NCBI GenBank assembly: GCA_024276825.1
Contig: JAJRWI010000071.1
Location: 1-54,734 of the forward strand
Reading direction: 5' to 3'
Source: an archaeon
Lineage (GTDB): Archaea; Asgardarchaeota; Thorarchaeia; Thorarchaeales; Thorarchaeaceae
DNA length: 54,734 nt
The translations under genes and the position numbers were made by a program. The notes below the pieces were generated by a model, which saw nothing but the letters and a program-made list of their open reading frames with translations, ran no database searches and was not told the DNA's origin. Below, in pieces: positions 18,330 through 28,166 of this stretch (position 1 is its first letter; every line of letters begins with the position of its first letter).

Positions 18330-18857
18330 ATGTCATATACAAATACCCCTCAAAACAGAGTAAAATGGAAATATTGGAGATTGAATGGATTGAGTGAAAA
18401 TTCAACAGAACAGAGCATGAGTGACATTCTATCGGACTTTTCGCAATTCTATATCCTGTTATTGCTTAGTGAGGGCCCAATTCATGGATATGGATTAATC
18501 AAGGAGTTCAAGAAGAGAACAGGCAAGACTCTAAGCGCAGGCACAATCTATCCTTTTCTGCAAAAGCTTGAAGAACAAGGTCTTGTTAAGCGATCAGAAA
18601 AGGCTGTTGGCAAAAAGCCGAAGATTATATATTCGCTAACTGCAAAGGGCAAGAAATTCACCGATGCGCTATTCAAAAGATTTGCAGCAATAACGGCTTC
18701 AGCAATAGAACCAAGTCTGCAAACCTGTTCCAGTTGTGGTGTACGAATTTACGAGGGAGGATACATTGAAGAGATAGATGGTCGAAAAATGGCCTTCTGT
18801 TGCGTTCATTGCGCAGCTGCATTCAAGGAGCATCAAGGTCACTCTCATCATTCATAG
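18330..18857 (+). CDS. PadR-family regulator with C-terminal TRASH metal-binding domain
   Basis: GPIHGYGLI..SAGTIYPFLQKLE..YSLTAKG, then CSSCG...FCCVHC and a His-rich tail. The true start is probably downstream (~18417). Confidence 0.85.
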   Translation: MSYTNTPQNRVKWKYWRLNGLSENSTEQSMSDILSDFSQFYILLLLSEGPIHGYGLIKEFKKRTGKTLSAGTIYPFLQKLEEQGLVKRSEKAVGKKPKIIYSLTAKGKKFTDALFKRFAAITASAIEPSLQTCSSCGVRIYEGGYIEEIDGRKMAFCCVHCAAAFKEHQGHSHHS

Positions 18858-18867
18858 GGCCATTTTT

Positions 18868-18913
18868 AAAAAAAAAAAAAAAGATGAAGAGGCAGTGAGA
18901 AAAGCACTGCCTC
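18868..18913 (-). terminator. hairpin + U-tract terminator
   Basis: Perfect 9 bp stem GAGGCAGTG/CACTGCCTC (18889-18913), followed on the minus strand by T15 (A-run 18868-18882). Confidence 0.7.
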
Positions 18914-18923
18914 AAACAAAGGA

Positions 18924-20141
18924 CTAGCGTCTTTTGATCACTACTGCTGCAATGCCAATTATTGCAATTACTGCAACACTTGTTAATATCACAAAAGAGC
19001 CGGACATGTTCACAATTGGGCCAGCACCTTCAACTAATCCAATTGAAGGATCATGAACTAGGCTTCCATTATTGAAGTTGGGATATGCGAGAAAAACGGA
19101 TAATCCCATGCCAGTAGGATTGTATGAAGCAGTCACATTGACCATCTCAGTTTCACCGCCAACATGATTTATGATGGCCTTGTTCATCCATCTGTAATAG
19201 CCCTGCTCATTGCCGGTTGTGGTATCCACAAATTCAATCTCCTGCATATGGGATTCCATGATGTCTTCAAAGCGAGACTCATTCCCATAATTGGAGGTCC
19301 AGTCCATCTGTGATATCCCAGTCACATTCCGAGTGCGTTCATGAGTTCTATACATGTGAGTCTGTTGAAGCATGTGGTTCATTGCCATATTCTCACGAAG
19401 CATTGTCTGAATGGCTACACGAGTGTTGTTATTGGTAAATGGGAAATTCCCAATCTCGATGTCAACCTTGAGTTCAGACCCGCCCTCTATAGTGTAGAGA
19501 GCATTTGTGCCATCAGAAGCAGTAATGTTTCCAACATAATCGTTGGTATATATGTGTGCCCAGAATTGCAAAGTTACATTCTCAAAACGATCGATATCAT
19601 CTGAACTATTGCAGTATATTGGGGCCATCATATCCATGCCATGCATCTCGTGCTCTTCGCCCTCATCATCGACATGAATTCCACTCTTGGTATACTTTAA
19701 CCAGATCTCGGTCACATCACCATTGTCATTTAGTATCTCACCAGTCTGAATTGTCCACTCATATGCACCTAAAGGAGCAGCGTAGAGCAACTCATTATAC
19801 TGAAAGGCACCATCATCATTCGTGTCATTAAACTCGGTTATCATTGTATAGGCCATCATGAATCGGGCCATACTGCCATTAATATCGTTGTTGTACCAGA
19901 AATGGAACACCGGCATTTCCTTGACTGCCATTACTGTGATAACATCGGAGTTTATCCAAATGGCCTCATCATCCATCATGTAATCAGTCATATGATCCCC
20001 ACCGGGCATTCCTGGAAATGGAGTGATGGGCATTCCCATGTGATCATTATCACCATCGCCATGGGCACTTACTGGAAATGCTAGAACTCCAAGTGCAAGA
20101 ACTGAAAGCACTAACAGTGCAAACATTGATTTTTGTTTCAT
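18924..20141 (-). CDS. secreted, C-terminally anchored Met/His-rich protein
   Basis: Signal peptide (VSA|H), HMGM/HMTDYMM/HEMHGMDMM clusters, HDPSIG, TM and KRR tail. Confidence 0.75.
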   Translation of the reverse strand: MKQKSMFALLVLSVLALGVLAFPVSAHGDGDNDHMGMPITPFPGMPGGDHMTDYMMDDEAIWINSDVITVMAVKEMPVFHFWYNNDINGSMARFMMAYTMITEFNDTNDDGAFQYNELLYAAPLGAYEWTIQTGEILNDNGDVTEIWLKYTKSGIHVDDEGEEHEMHGMDMMAPIYCNSSDDIDRFENVTLQFWAHIYTNDYVGNITASDGTNALYTIEGGSELKVDIEIGNFPFTNNNTRVAIQTMLRENMAMNHMLQQTHMYRTHERTRNVTGISQMDWTSNYGNESRFEDIMESHMQEIEFVDTTTGNEQGYYRWMNKAIINHVGGETEMVNVTASYNPTGMGLSVFLAYPNFNNGSLVHDPSIGLVEGAGPIVNMSGSFVILTSVAVIAIIGIAAVVIKRR

Positions 20142-20507
20142 GGTCTTTTCACCAAGTCAGAAGATTTGGAGTTGGTATATAATGACTCTGAATCAAAATC
20201 AAAAAGGGTGGTTTGTAAAAGGAGTATCAATGCCCAATTGCTTGAAAAACGATTTATAAACCCTTTTCATTCTTTTAATGGCAGTCATTTGAATAGCAGT
20301 TTAACGAGTGATATTGGGAATTAACCAGTGATTACAAATATCTGATGGGTAATTAATTACGTACATTATCAACAGGTTCAAATTCATATATATGAGATAT
20401 TGATTCTGCGATATGCGAAAATGAACAATAGATTATGATTCAATATGAAACCAATTGATTCATATTTTATCTATTAATATGCTCTAATGATAAGGGAGTG
20501 AGAAAAG

Positions 20508-21584
20508 GTGTGCGACATAGTTCTTGAATATAAATTGAGAAATGGCAAGAAAGGTAAGGTTGAATTTGATACTGAAGATACTATACTGGACCTAGAGCAT
20601 AAGAATATAGTGGAGATTGATCTTAAGCCGCTCGAGGGATGCGGAAATCTAGAGGAGTTGAATCTCAATGCGAACTTCATTGAGTTTATTGACCTTACTC
20701 CATTGATTAAGTGTGAGAATCTTAAGATACTGCGACTCAATAAGAATGCATTGAAGACGATTGATATCAAGCCACTAAGTGAGCTTCGCTATTTGCAGAT
20801 ACTAGAGATCGGATCAAATGAGTTAGAAAACATCGATCTCACTCCATTGAAAAAATGCTCGAAGCTTGAAAGGCTTAGAATCTTTAACAATCATCTTAGA
20901 GAGATTGATCTCGCTCCGTTAAAGAATTGCATAGGACTTGAATATTTAGAGCTAGAGAGTAATATGCTCACAGATATTGACCTTAGGCCGCTTTCTAAAT
21001 GCACTGCGCTTGTTCAATTGAATCTGATGTATAACAAGTTAAAGACAATTGACCTCACTCCAATAAAAAATGCTACAGACCTGAAGTTTATCTATCTTCA
21101 GCATAACGAGCTTGAGAGCATTGACTTAAGTCCACTTAGTAAATGCATCCAGTTAAGAATTCTTCAGTTGGGAGGAAACAAGATTGAGAACATTGATCTA
21201 AGTCCTCTCTCGAAATGCATCGAGCTACGAAGGATAGGACTGGCGGTTAATCGTTTGCGTTCAGTCGACCTATATCCCCTATCAAATGCCATACATATCT
21301 TTAGCATTGATTTGGCAAGGAACCGATTGAATGAAATTGATCTGACCCCTCTGGCAGGATGGACCGCACTTGAGGAATTGTTCCTTTATAGTGAACATCC
21401 AAATGAGGAGAATGAGTTTCAAGTTCTTGATATTAGTCCACTGTTTAATTGTGAGTCTCTTGAAGACATTACTATTCCACCTGAAACGCAGCTTGTAGCA
21501 AAAGCTTCCTTGAGGAATAGAAAGGAAGTTCCCGATATCATTATGGAGTTTATAGAGGAAGATAGAATAGAATGGATTGAATAG
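20508..21584 (+). CDS. leucine-rich repeat protein
   Basis: About 12 tandem 22-aa repeats IDLxPLxxCxxLxxLxLxxNxL. Confidence 0.92.
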   Translation: MCDIVLEYKLRNGKKGKVEFDTEDTILDLEHKNIVEIDLKPLEGCGNLEELNLNANFIEFIDLTPLIKCENLKILRLNKNALKTIDIKPLSELRYLQILEIGSNELENIDLTPLKKCSKLERLRIFNNHLREIDLAPLKNCIGLEYLELESNMLTDIDLRPLSKCTALVQLNLMYNKLKTIDLTPIKNATDLKFIYLQHNELESIDLSPLSKCIQLRILQLGGNKIENIDLSPLSKCIELRRIGLAVNRLRSVDLYPLSNAIHIFSIDLARNRLNEIDLTPLAGWTALEELFLYSEHPNEENEFQVLDISPLFNCESLEDITIPPETQLVAKASLRNRKEVPDIIMEFIEEDRIEWIE

Positions 21585-21632
21585 CATGTTCATATTATTC
21601 ATAATCAAATGCAATTCAAAGGAGATTTGAAA

Positions 21633-22277
21633 ATGGTAGTCGAATTAGATGACGCAACAAAGGAACAAGTCTTGGAATTATTTGGACAGCTTGAGCATGA
21701 TGTAAAAATTCACCTGTTTATTGAAGAACACGACTGTCTATATTGTGGAGATACGCGAGATCTCGTGGAGCAAGTAGCTGAGCTCTCGGATAAAATAGAG
21801 GTCGTTATTTATAAGGAAGCACTTGGCACAGATGTCGCGCGAGACCTTGGAGTCAAGTATCATCCAGCTACTATTATCCATGGTGAGAAGCCATACAAAG
21901 TGCGATTCTATGGAATTCCAGCAGGACACGAGTTCTCAGCATTAGTAGGATCAATCATTGATGTTTCCACTGGAAAACCTGCACTTGAGGGCGGCATTAT
22001 TGAGGACATTAAAAGTATTGATAAGCCTGTGCACCTGCAAGTGTTCACAACGCCCACATGTCCATATTGTCCCGCCATGGTCAGACTGGCACATCAAGCA
22101 GCCATATTGAACCCACTGATTGAAGCAGACATGATTGAAGCATTGGAATTTCAAGAACTGTCCAAGAAGTATCAGGTCTTTGGTGTGCCAAAGACAGTAA
22201 TCAATGAAACAGTTTCTGTGGAGGGCCTGATCCCTCCAGAGCTCTTTGTGGAGAAACTCTTTGAAGCAGTGGATTAG
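21633..22277 (+). CDS. protein disulfide oxidoreductase (PDO / AhpF N-terminal-like)
   Basis: Two thioredoxin units with CLYC and CPYC, YGIPAGHEF, GVPK. Confidence 0.88.
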   Translation: MVVELDDATKEQVLELFGQLEHDVKIHLFIEEHDCLYCGDTRDLVEQVAELSDKIEVVIYKEALGTDVARDLGVKYHPATIIHGEKPYKVRFYGIPAGHEFSALVGSIIDVSTGKPALEGGIIEDIKSIDKPVHLQVFTTPTCPYCPAMVRLAHQAAILNPLIEADMIEALEFQELSKKYQVFGVPKTVINETVSVEGLIPPELFVEKLFEAVD

Positions 22278-22319
22278 AAATATTAATGCCTAGGAATTCA
22301 TCCTAGGCTCTCGATTTTA

Positions 22320-23264
22320 TTAAAACGCCTCCTCTTGACGACATGACATGATGAACTCATGCTCATTGACATAGAGATAGGCCTGATATGCTGCATGAAC
22401 GCCCTCTGCAACACCTGTGATTGCCTGTTTGAAGATACTGTCAACAACATCGCCAGCGGCAAAAACACCTTCAACATTTGTCTTGCTTGTTCTGTCAATC
22501 ATTATCTCGCCTTTCTCATTTGTCTTCACACCCAATTTCTTTGCAAGCTCAGAATGGGGTATCCCACCAATTGCTACAAAGACACCGTCAAGAGAGAGCA
22601 GATTGGATCCATTATGGGGATTGTCTAGGCGTACGCCAGTCACTCGATCATCCCCTATGATCTCAGTAATGTTAGTCTTGGTGATGACTTCTATTTTTGG
22701 CTCCTTCTCAATTCTCCTTGCATTCACTGGTTCAGGCCGAATCTTTTCGCGTCTATAAATGATGTATACCTTTTTGCAGTATTTAGCGAGAAGCAAGGCC
22801 TCCTTTGCAGCACTGTCACTGCCACCAATGACAGCAACAACTTTGCCTTTGAACAAGGGGGCATTACAAAGAGCACAATAACTGACACCTCGATTCTTGA
22901 ATTTGTCATGGCCTGGAACTTCAAGTTCCCGTTCTTTCATCCCAGTCGCGAAGATTAGCGACCTAGCAAAAAATGTCTTGTCTTCGGTAATGACATAGAA
23001 GAAATTGTCTTCAGTACGAAAGACATCCATAACAATTCCCTGTTCAATATAGGTTGGATAGTCAAGGGCATGTGCCTTGATTTTTTCAGCAAGTTCTTTC
23101 CCGGTTAATTGAATGAAGCCTGGATAATTCGCCACATCATCAGTGAGAGTTATGGTCCCACCATCAATCTCTCCAATCACTGCAACTGATAAGTCAAGAC
23201 GAGCAGCATACATTGCAGAGGCATAACCTGTCACCCCACTACCTATAACAGCCACATCATACAT
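22320..23264 (-). CDS. trxB: thioredoxin-disulfide reductase
   Basis: GSGVTG, NYPG, GVSYCALC, IGGSDSA, GVFAAGD, QAITG. Confidence 0.88.
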   Translation of the reverse strand: MYDVAVIGSGVTGYASAMYAARLDLSVAVIGEIDGGTITLTDDVANYPGFIQLTGKELAEKIKAHALDYPTYIEQGIVMDVFRTEDNFFYVITEDKTFFARSLIFATGMKERELEVPGHDKFKNRGVSYCALCNAPLFKGKVVAVIGGSDSAAKEALLLAKYCKKVYIIYRREKIRPEPVNARRIEKEPKIEVITKTNITEIIGDDRVTGVRLDNPHNGSNLLSLDGVFVAIGGIPHSELAKKLGVKTNEKGEIMIDRTSKTNVEGVFAAGDVVDSIFKQAITGVAEGVHAAYQAYLYVNEHEFIMSCRQEEAF

Positions 23265-23267
23265 TTT

Positions 23268-23525
23268 CTAACCCCCTATTAATCTGCTAATTCTTCGTTC
23301 CACTCGTTTCCCAAAACCAACAAATACCGAATTATCAAGTTCAATTACCGGTATTGCCTTCTGACGCGTCTTCTCCTGGATCTCCTCAAAATATTTGGGA
23401 TCATCTAATACGCAAATCTCATTGAAACTTATTCCCTTTGAAGATAGGAATTCTTTCAATCTTTTGGAATGGGGACACTGAGGTGCTGTATAAATTGTGA
23501 TCTTCGCCATCTCATCACGCTCCAT
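23268..23525 (-). CDS. glutaredoxin-like (NrdH/YruB type, CPHS)
   Basis: IYTAPQCPHS, QKAIPVI, VGF. Confidence 0.8.
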   Translation of the reverse strand: MERDEMAKITIYTAPQCPHSKRLKEFLSSKGISFNEICVLDDPKYFEEIQEKTRQKAIPVIELDNSVFVGFGKRVERRISRLIGG

Positions 23526-23655
23526 GCAAATTATTAATGTCAGCTTATCTTATAAGTTGATTTTGACCAGAAAAAATCAAAATCCCAATCCATTTAAAAG
23601 TGAATTAACACTTGTAATTATGGCCAAGGAGGACAAACTAAGATTTGAGGACTGA

Positions 23656-25239
23656 TTGATGGAAATTGAGGACAGAAAAAACGTAAAATCGTATTCTCTT
23701 GAATTCTCGCAGGAGGATACATTTCGAGTCCTAGCAGAGGCATCAGTCCAGTCCTCGACGGTACAAGACCTTTGCAATCGCTTTTTACAGGGCCTTTTGA
23801 AGGTATTAAATTTTGAATACGGAATTATTAGGCTTAAGAATGAACATGCTAATGCTTTGGATTTAATCATGCAATATGGTTTCAACGAGAAGTCAATTCC
23901 GAAGTCCATAGAGATTGGCAGGTTTGAAGAAACTGGTTTCTATGAGTCACATGTAGCAATGAGCATGAAGCCTCTGTTCATTCCTGAACCCGATATTGAT
24001 CCAATTTTATACAAGTATCCAAAAATGTTGGTATCTCATGATGTGCACTCGGTGACTACTTGGCCCATGATATGCTCAGATGAAGTAATAGGAACAGTTT
24101 GTGTGGCCACAAAACGGCGCGTGGAGTATCCAGATTCAGCAAAGCAGTTCTTCAGTACAATAATATCACTATTCAGTACTGCATTAAAAAACAAAATGGT
24201 GGAAATTAAGAGCAAGCACAGGGAGGCTCTTCAAAGAGAGATACTTACCTCGTTTCATGGCACTTTAATCATATTAACTGACAACAAATTGAATATAATT
24301 GATAGTTGGTTCGATAAGAAACTGCTTCATTCCTATGATATTAGTACCAATCGGTTGAAAGACTTGAACGTAATGGACCTGTGGAACCCGAACAGAAAGA
24401 AACCACTTGCTTGGTTTGTTCGCAAAGTCATTCATTCGAAAAGACCAATGCGAAATGAGTTCAAAGGGCTATTTCCAAAAGGCTTCTTCTGGTTTGATGT
24501 GACTATTTCCCCAGTGTCGGGCGCTGGTGCTACACCAGAATATGTTGTGATATTTATTCAGGACATCACTCATTTAAAGTCAATTGAGGAGAAGTTGAGG
24601 AGTTCATATAAAGACTTGGAGCTCTATACATCCCTGCTTAAACATGATATGCTGAATGATCTTCAGGTGCTACTCTCTCTCTTTGAGTCAATCGAAATGT
24701 TGCATCCAAAGGACCTACGAGTTGTTGAGCTGGTTAAAGACTCAAGGAGTTCAATCGATAAAATGCAAAAGATGCTAGAAATTATAGATGTCAAGCGTCT
24801 GGACACCAAGATTAACCTGATTCAAATCATTCGAAGTGCAATCAATGAGTTCAAAAGAACCTTTGTCAAGATCAATTTAACAGTGGATGAAGAGGTCAGG
24901 GAGCATGAGATTACAGTGGGCAGACTTTTCCAGTTCGTCATTAGTAATATCATAAGAAATGCAGCGAAATATGCAGGCAGCGAACCAACAATTGACATTC
25001 ATGTATATATTCAGAAAGACTCCGTTGTGGTTGATCTAATAGACGATGGACCCGGAATCCCAAAACACATTAGAAATCGACTATTTAACAAGGGTGTTTC
25101 AACCAGGGGAACAGGCCTTGGACTCTATTTGTGTCGCAAAGTCATTGAAGGGTATAAAGGCACACTGACTCTTATTCCAGAGAAAGAGCTGGCTAGGGGA
25201 GCAGGGTTCAGAATAGTCTTGCCTTTGGAAAAGCGTTAG
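23656..25239 (+). CDS. GAF-PAS sensor histidine kinase
   Basis: GAF-like region, PAS (WFDVTISPV...IQDIT), H-box LKHDMLNDLQ, N-box NIIRNAAKYA, DDGPGI, GTGLGL. Confidence 0.9.
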   Translation: MMEIEDRKNVKSYSLEFSQEDTFRVLAEASVQSSTVQDLCNRFLQGLLKVLNFEYGIIRLKNEHANALDLIMQYGFNEKSIPKSIEIGRFEETGFYESHVAMSMKPLFIPEPDIDPILYKYPKMLVSHDVHSVTTWPMICSDEVIGTVCVATKRRVEYPDSAKQFFSTIISLFSTALKNKMVEIKSKHREALQREILTSFHGTLIILTDNKLNIIDSWFDKKLLHSYDISTNRLKDLNVMDLWNPNRKKPLAWFVRKVIHSKRPMRNEFKGLFPKGFFWFDVTISPVSGAGATPEYVVIFIQDITHLKSIEEKLRSSYKDLELYTSLLKHDMLNDLQVLLSLFESIEMLHPKDLRVVELVKDSRSSIDKMQKMLEIIDVKRLDTKINLIQIIRSAINEFKRTFVKINLTVDEEVREHEITVGRLFQFVISNIIRNAAKYAGSEPTIDIHVYIQKDSVVVDLIDDGPGIPKHIRNRLFNKGVSTRGTGLGLYLCRKVIEGYKGTLTLIPEKELARGAGFRIVLPLEKR

Positions 25240-25249
25240 TATGACTTCT

Positions 25250-25786
25250 TTAAGCGTATTTTTCCAACATATTCTTGAATTTGTAGTCCAATTGTTCAAT
25301 TCCAACTCCAGTCTTTGCAGAGATCATGGCATAATCAGTGCCGAATCTTTCACAAAAGGCATCAATCTCAGACTGAATGAGTGAGAAATCTCCAGCAATC
25401 AAATCGATCTTATTCGCAACGAGAATGAATCTATCACCATCTTGGGGAAACTCAAAGCCCGCATGTTCCTCAACCAGTGGTACCCAATAGTTATAGAGAC
25501 TGTCCATACTTGCAAGATATGAAACATCAAAGAAGAAAAGTCCAATCTTGGAACCACGGATCATATCTTTTAGAATGTCAATAAATCTTCGCTGTCCGCC
25601 AAAATCCCATAATGATAAAACAGCTTTAGATCCGTTGGACAAAGAAATCGTCTTCGTGTCAAAACTAGCGCCCACTGTGGTCTTTAATAATGATGGATCC
25701 GGAAAAGTGCCTTTAGTCCAACGAGTCACAAACGAGGTCTTGCCAACCTCTGAATCCCCCAGGACTATTGTTTTGATTATTGCCAT
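25250..25786 (-). CDS. Rab/Ras-like small GTPase
   Basis: G1 GDSEVGKT, G2 TVG, G3 WDFGGQ, G4 NKID, G5 SAK. No C-terminal prenylation motif. Confidence 0.93.
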   Translation of the reverse strand: MAIIKTIVLGDSEVGKTSFVTRWTKGTFPDPSLLKTTVGASFDTKTISLSNGSKAVLSLWDFGGQRRFIDILKDMIRGSKIGLFFFDVSYLASMDSLYNYWVPLVEEHAGFEFPQDGDRFILVANKIDLIAGDFSLIQSEIDAFCERFGTDYAMISAKTGVGIEQLDYKFKNMLEKYA

Positions 25787-25812
25787 TACTGATTCTCGCC
25801 TCTCCTTCTAGA

Positions 25813-27156
25813 TCACCTTGCTATTCTTGTCTTTGGACTGCTGACTAGCATTCCGATGCCTCCAGAAATCATGAGGACTGCAAGAATGTCCAATGGTAAT
25901 AAATCAGCAAACATTGTCACTAATCCCAGAAACAATGCTGAAAGCATGAATATCACAAATCGTGCCCCTGCACGTGTTGAGCCCAGTCTATGAAGCTTGA
26001 AACTTAATCGTGAGAATTGAATAAGGGCAATTAGAATTAGAATCATTAAAAATGGATACAATAGATTCAGCGAGTAAGGGGAAGTTCGTTCCAGTCTTAC
26101 AAACGGATGTCCCAGGGTCAACAATGTAAAGCCCACAGCAATGATTATCTCACGTGATATAGTTCTTACCCTATAGGATGAAGTTGCAGAAATTGCTGCC
26201 ATTAGGAATGCACTCACTGCAAGAATTCCAAAGAACCAATCTATGAACAAAATATTCTCATCCCAAACGCCGGCACTGCTCTTGTATATTGCAAAGTTTG
26301 ATGCGTGAGTTACGACTAGCAGTCCGATTGAGAACAGTGTAATGGAAATATATATTGGAGTAACAGCTTTGGTTTCAGTGTATTGCTCAATGAAAAAGTC
26401 GAGAGGGAATACTGTACTTATTCCCGCAAAAGAGGCTAACATTGAAAACACAAGAATCTCAAACTCTCCACTTGCAAAAGCGGCCACAGAGGAGGCTATG
26501 CCAAAGTTGAGAGAGAAAAAGAGAATCGATAGAGTAATAATATATCGCCATGGTCGAAGCAGCGATGCCAAAATTGCGGCAATCACGACAAATGATGCAA
26601 TATCTAATAGATAATATTCTGGATTTGTTGTCATAATGCCAGAACTTCCAATCAAGTAGGCAAGAAAGAATAAAATCAGCACTGATAATAGAGATGCTGT
26701 GAAGGGATTTGGAGATTCCTTCACAAGGTAAATAGCAAGAGCCAAGGAGAGAATGGAAAACAATGCCATACTTATTATGAATGGTATTCTGGTTATTGGC
26801 AAAATATAGGTGTATATCAATGAATCAAGTAATCCAACAATTGCAATCATAATGATGATATTTTTTGCCTGCTTCATTTTCTTTTCTGTCTTTACTATTA
26901 ATGATAATTCAGAGAGCAGAAGTAATGTTAGGACTAACATGGAGGCATTCACAATCAGCCTTTTGTCAATATATGCAACAATGGGTATGGCAATCAAGGG
27001 GATTGCGGCCAGACTAAAGTAAATCAGGGAGAACTTTGTTGGGGCATTTAGTTGATCGTAGATATCCCGCAATCGTTTTGAGAATATCGCAAGTCCAATA
27101 GCAGCAAATAGGCCTGCTGTCAAACCGCTAATCATTAGTGCTAGTTCAAAGTCCAT
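25813..27156 (-). CDS. polytopic membrane protein (~13-14 TM), unknown function
   Basis: Almost entirely hydrophobic segments with short loops; lies in the GTPase operon. Confidence 0.7.
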   Translation of the reverse strand: MDFELALMISGLTAGLFAAIGLAIFSKRLRDIYDQLNAPTKFSLIYFSLAAIPLIAIPIVAYIDKRLIVNASMLVLTLLLLSELSLIVKTEKKMKQAKNIIIMIAIVGLLDSLIYTYILPITRIPFIISMALFSILSLALAIYLVKESPNPFTASLLSVLILFFLAYLIGSSGIMTTNPEYYLLDIASFVVIAAILASLLRPWRYIITLSILFFSLNFGIASSVAAFASGEFEILVFSMLASFAGISTVFPLDFFIEQYTETKAVTPIYISITLFSIGLLVVTHASNFAIYKSSAGVWDENILFIDWFFGILAVSAFLMAAISATSSYRVRTISREIIIAVGFTLLTLGHPFVRLERTSPYSLNLLYPFLMILILIALIQFSRLSFKLHRLGSTRAGARFVIFMLSALFLGLVTMFADLLPLDILAVLMISGGIGMLVSSPKTRIAR

Positions 27157-27172
27157 CTAACATCACTCCCCA

Positions 27173-27541
27173 TTATCTCCAGAGGTCACCAATTTCCTTG
27201 CCTCTTTGCTTAACAATACTTTCCAGTTTTGAGGACAGCGCTTCGCCAGAGATTTCTATATCATCTAGAACAGCTTTTAATGCTTCGCCAGTTTCATTCT
27301 CGTTATCGCCCTCGCATATAATAAGAAATGGCTCTTTCTGACAGTAGCCAATGACACCCTGTTCGGATTTCATGAATCTGGGCTTATCTGGTTTGGATCT
27401 CCCCATTTCAAGGGCTGCTGAAACGAGTTGGATGATTCCAGTTAGCATGGCAATTCGCTCTTGGTCGAATCCCTCAATCGGATAAATCACAGTAGGTGCC
27501 ATATCATCTAGTTGAACTTTAACAACCATTCGAATTGCCAT
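27173..27541 (-). CDS. longin/roadblock-like protein
   Basis: beta-beta-alpha(MLTGIIQLVSAALE)-beta-beta-beta-alpha pattern, 122 aa. Confidence 0.55.
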   Translation of the reverse strand: MAIRMVVKVQLDDMAPTVIYPIEGFDQERIAMLTGIIQLVSAALEMGRSKPDKPRFMKSEQGVIGYCQKEPFLIICEGDNENETGEALKAVLDDIEISGEALSSKLESIVKQRGKEIGDLWR

Positions 27542-27543
27542 AT

Positions 27544-27822
27544 CTAACCCCCTCCAAAAGTGCTCCGAAGCCAGTCAATTTCACTGACTTTTGATTTTTC
27601 ATTGCCATTGATGTCAATTGGAACCATTACATCACGAATACCAAGTTCTTCGTTTCTAAAGTAGAGCGTCACCAGCAATTCGTGCCCATTCTCACATTTT
27701 GCAATGAGTGTGGGTGAGCGACCTTCATTCTTGATCTGCTTCTTTATGCTTTCGACTTCGTCATTACTTAGAGTGATTTTAGCGGGCGAAGAACACTTGG
27801 GACATGAAAATGCAAGTTCCAT
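27544..27822 (-). CDS. small Zn-finger protein
   Basis: CPKC...CENGH. Confidence 0.6.
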   Translation of the reverse strand: MELAFSCPKCSSPAKITLSNDEVESIKKQIKNEGRSPTLIAKCENGHELLVTLYFRNEELGIRDVMVPIDINGNEKSKVSEIDWLRSTFGGG

Positions 27823-28166
27823 AGTACCAACTCGGTCTGGAACAATCGAATAATAGTTCTCTATTTTAGGCTTGTGTGTTTAGACGGGTCTAATTGAACC
27901 AAGATAATTTCTTGCAAAATGCCTCTAAAATCTGCAATTTAGCGGTTGTACATAAATGCGTAGAGCTTGAACAAAGTTGATCACTCATCAAATAAAGAAC
28001 TAATTAAAGGTCTGCAATCATGTGAGTTTATCAGATGTCTTGTAAGACTCACTTATGAGAAGTGCTCAGTGTCATTTTCTGGGCAACAAGACTCAAACAT
28101 TCAAGACGGTCCAATTAGAAATGAACGGCATCATTCGCACTCTTGAAAGGCATACACTTCTCAATT

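Noticed and set aside
20600-21450. 66-bp periodicity as a possible CRISPR or tandem DNA repeat
   Set aside because: Explained by LRR coding repeats with divergent codons.
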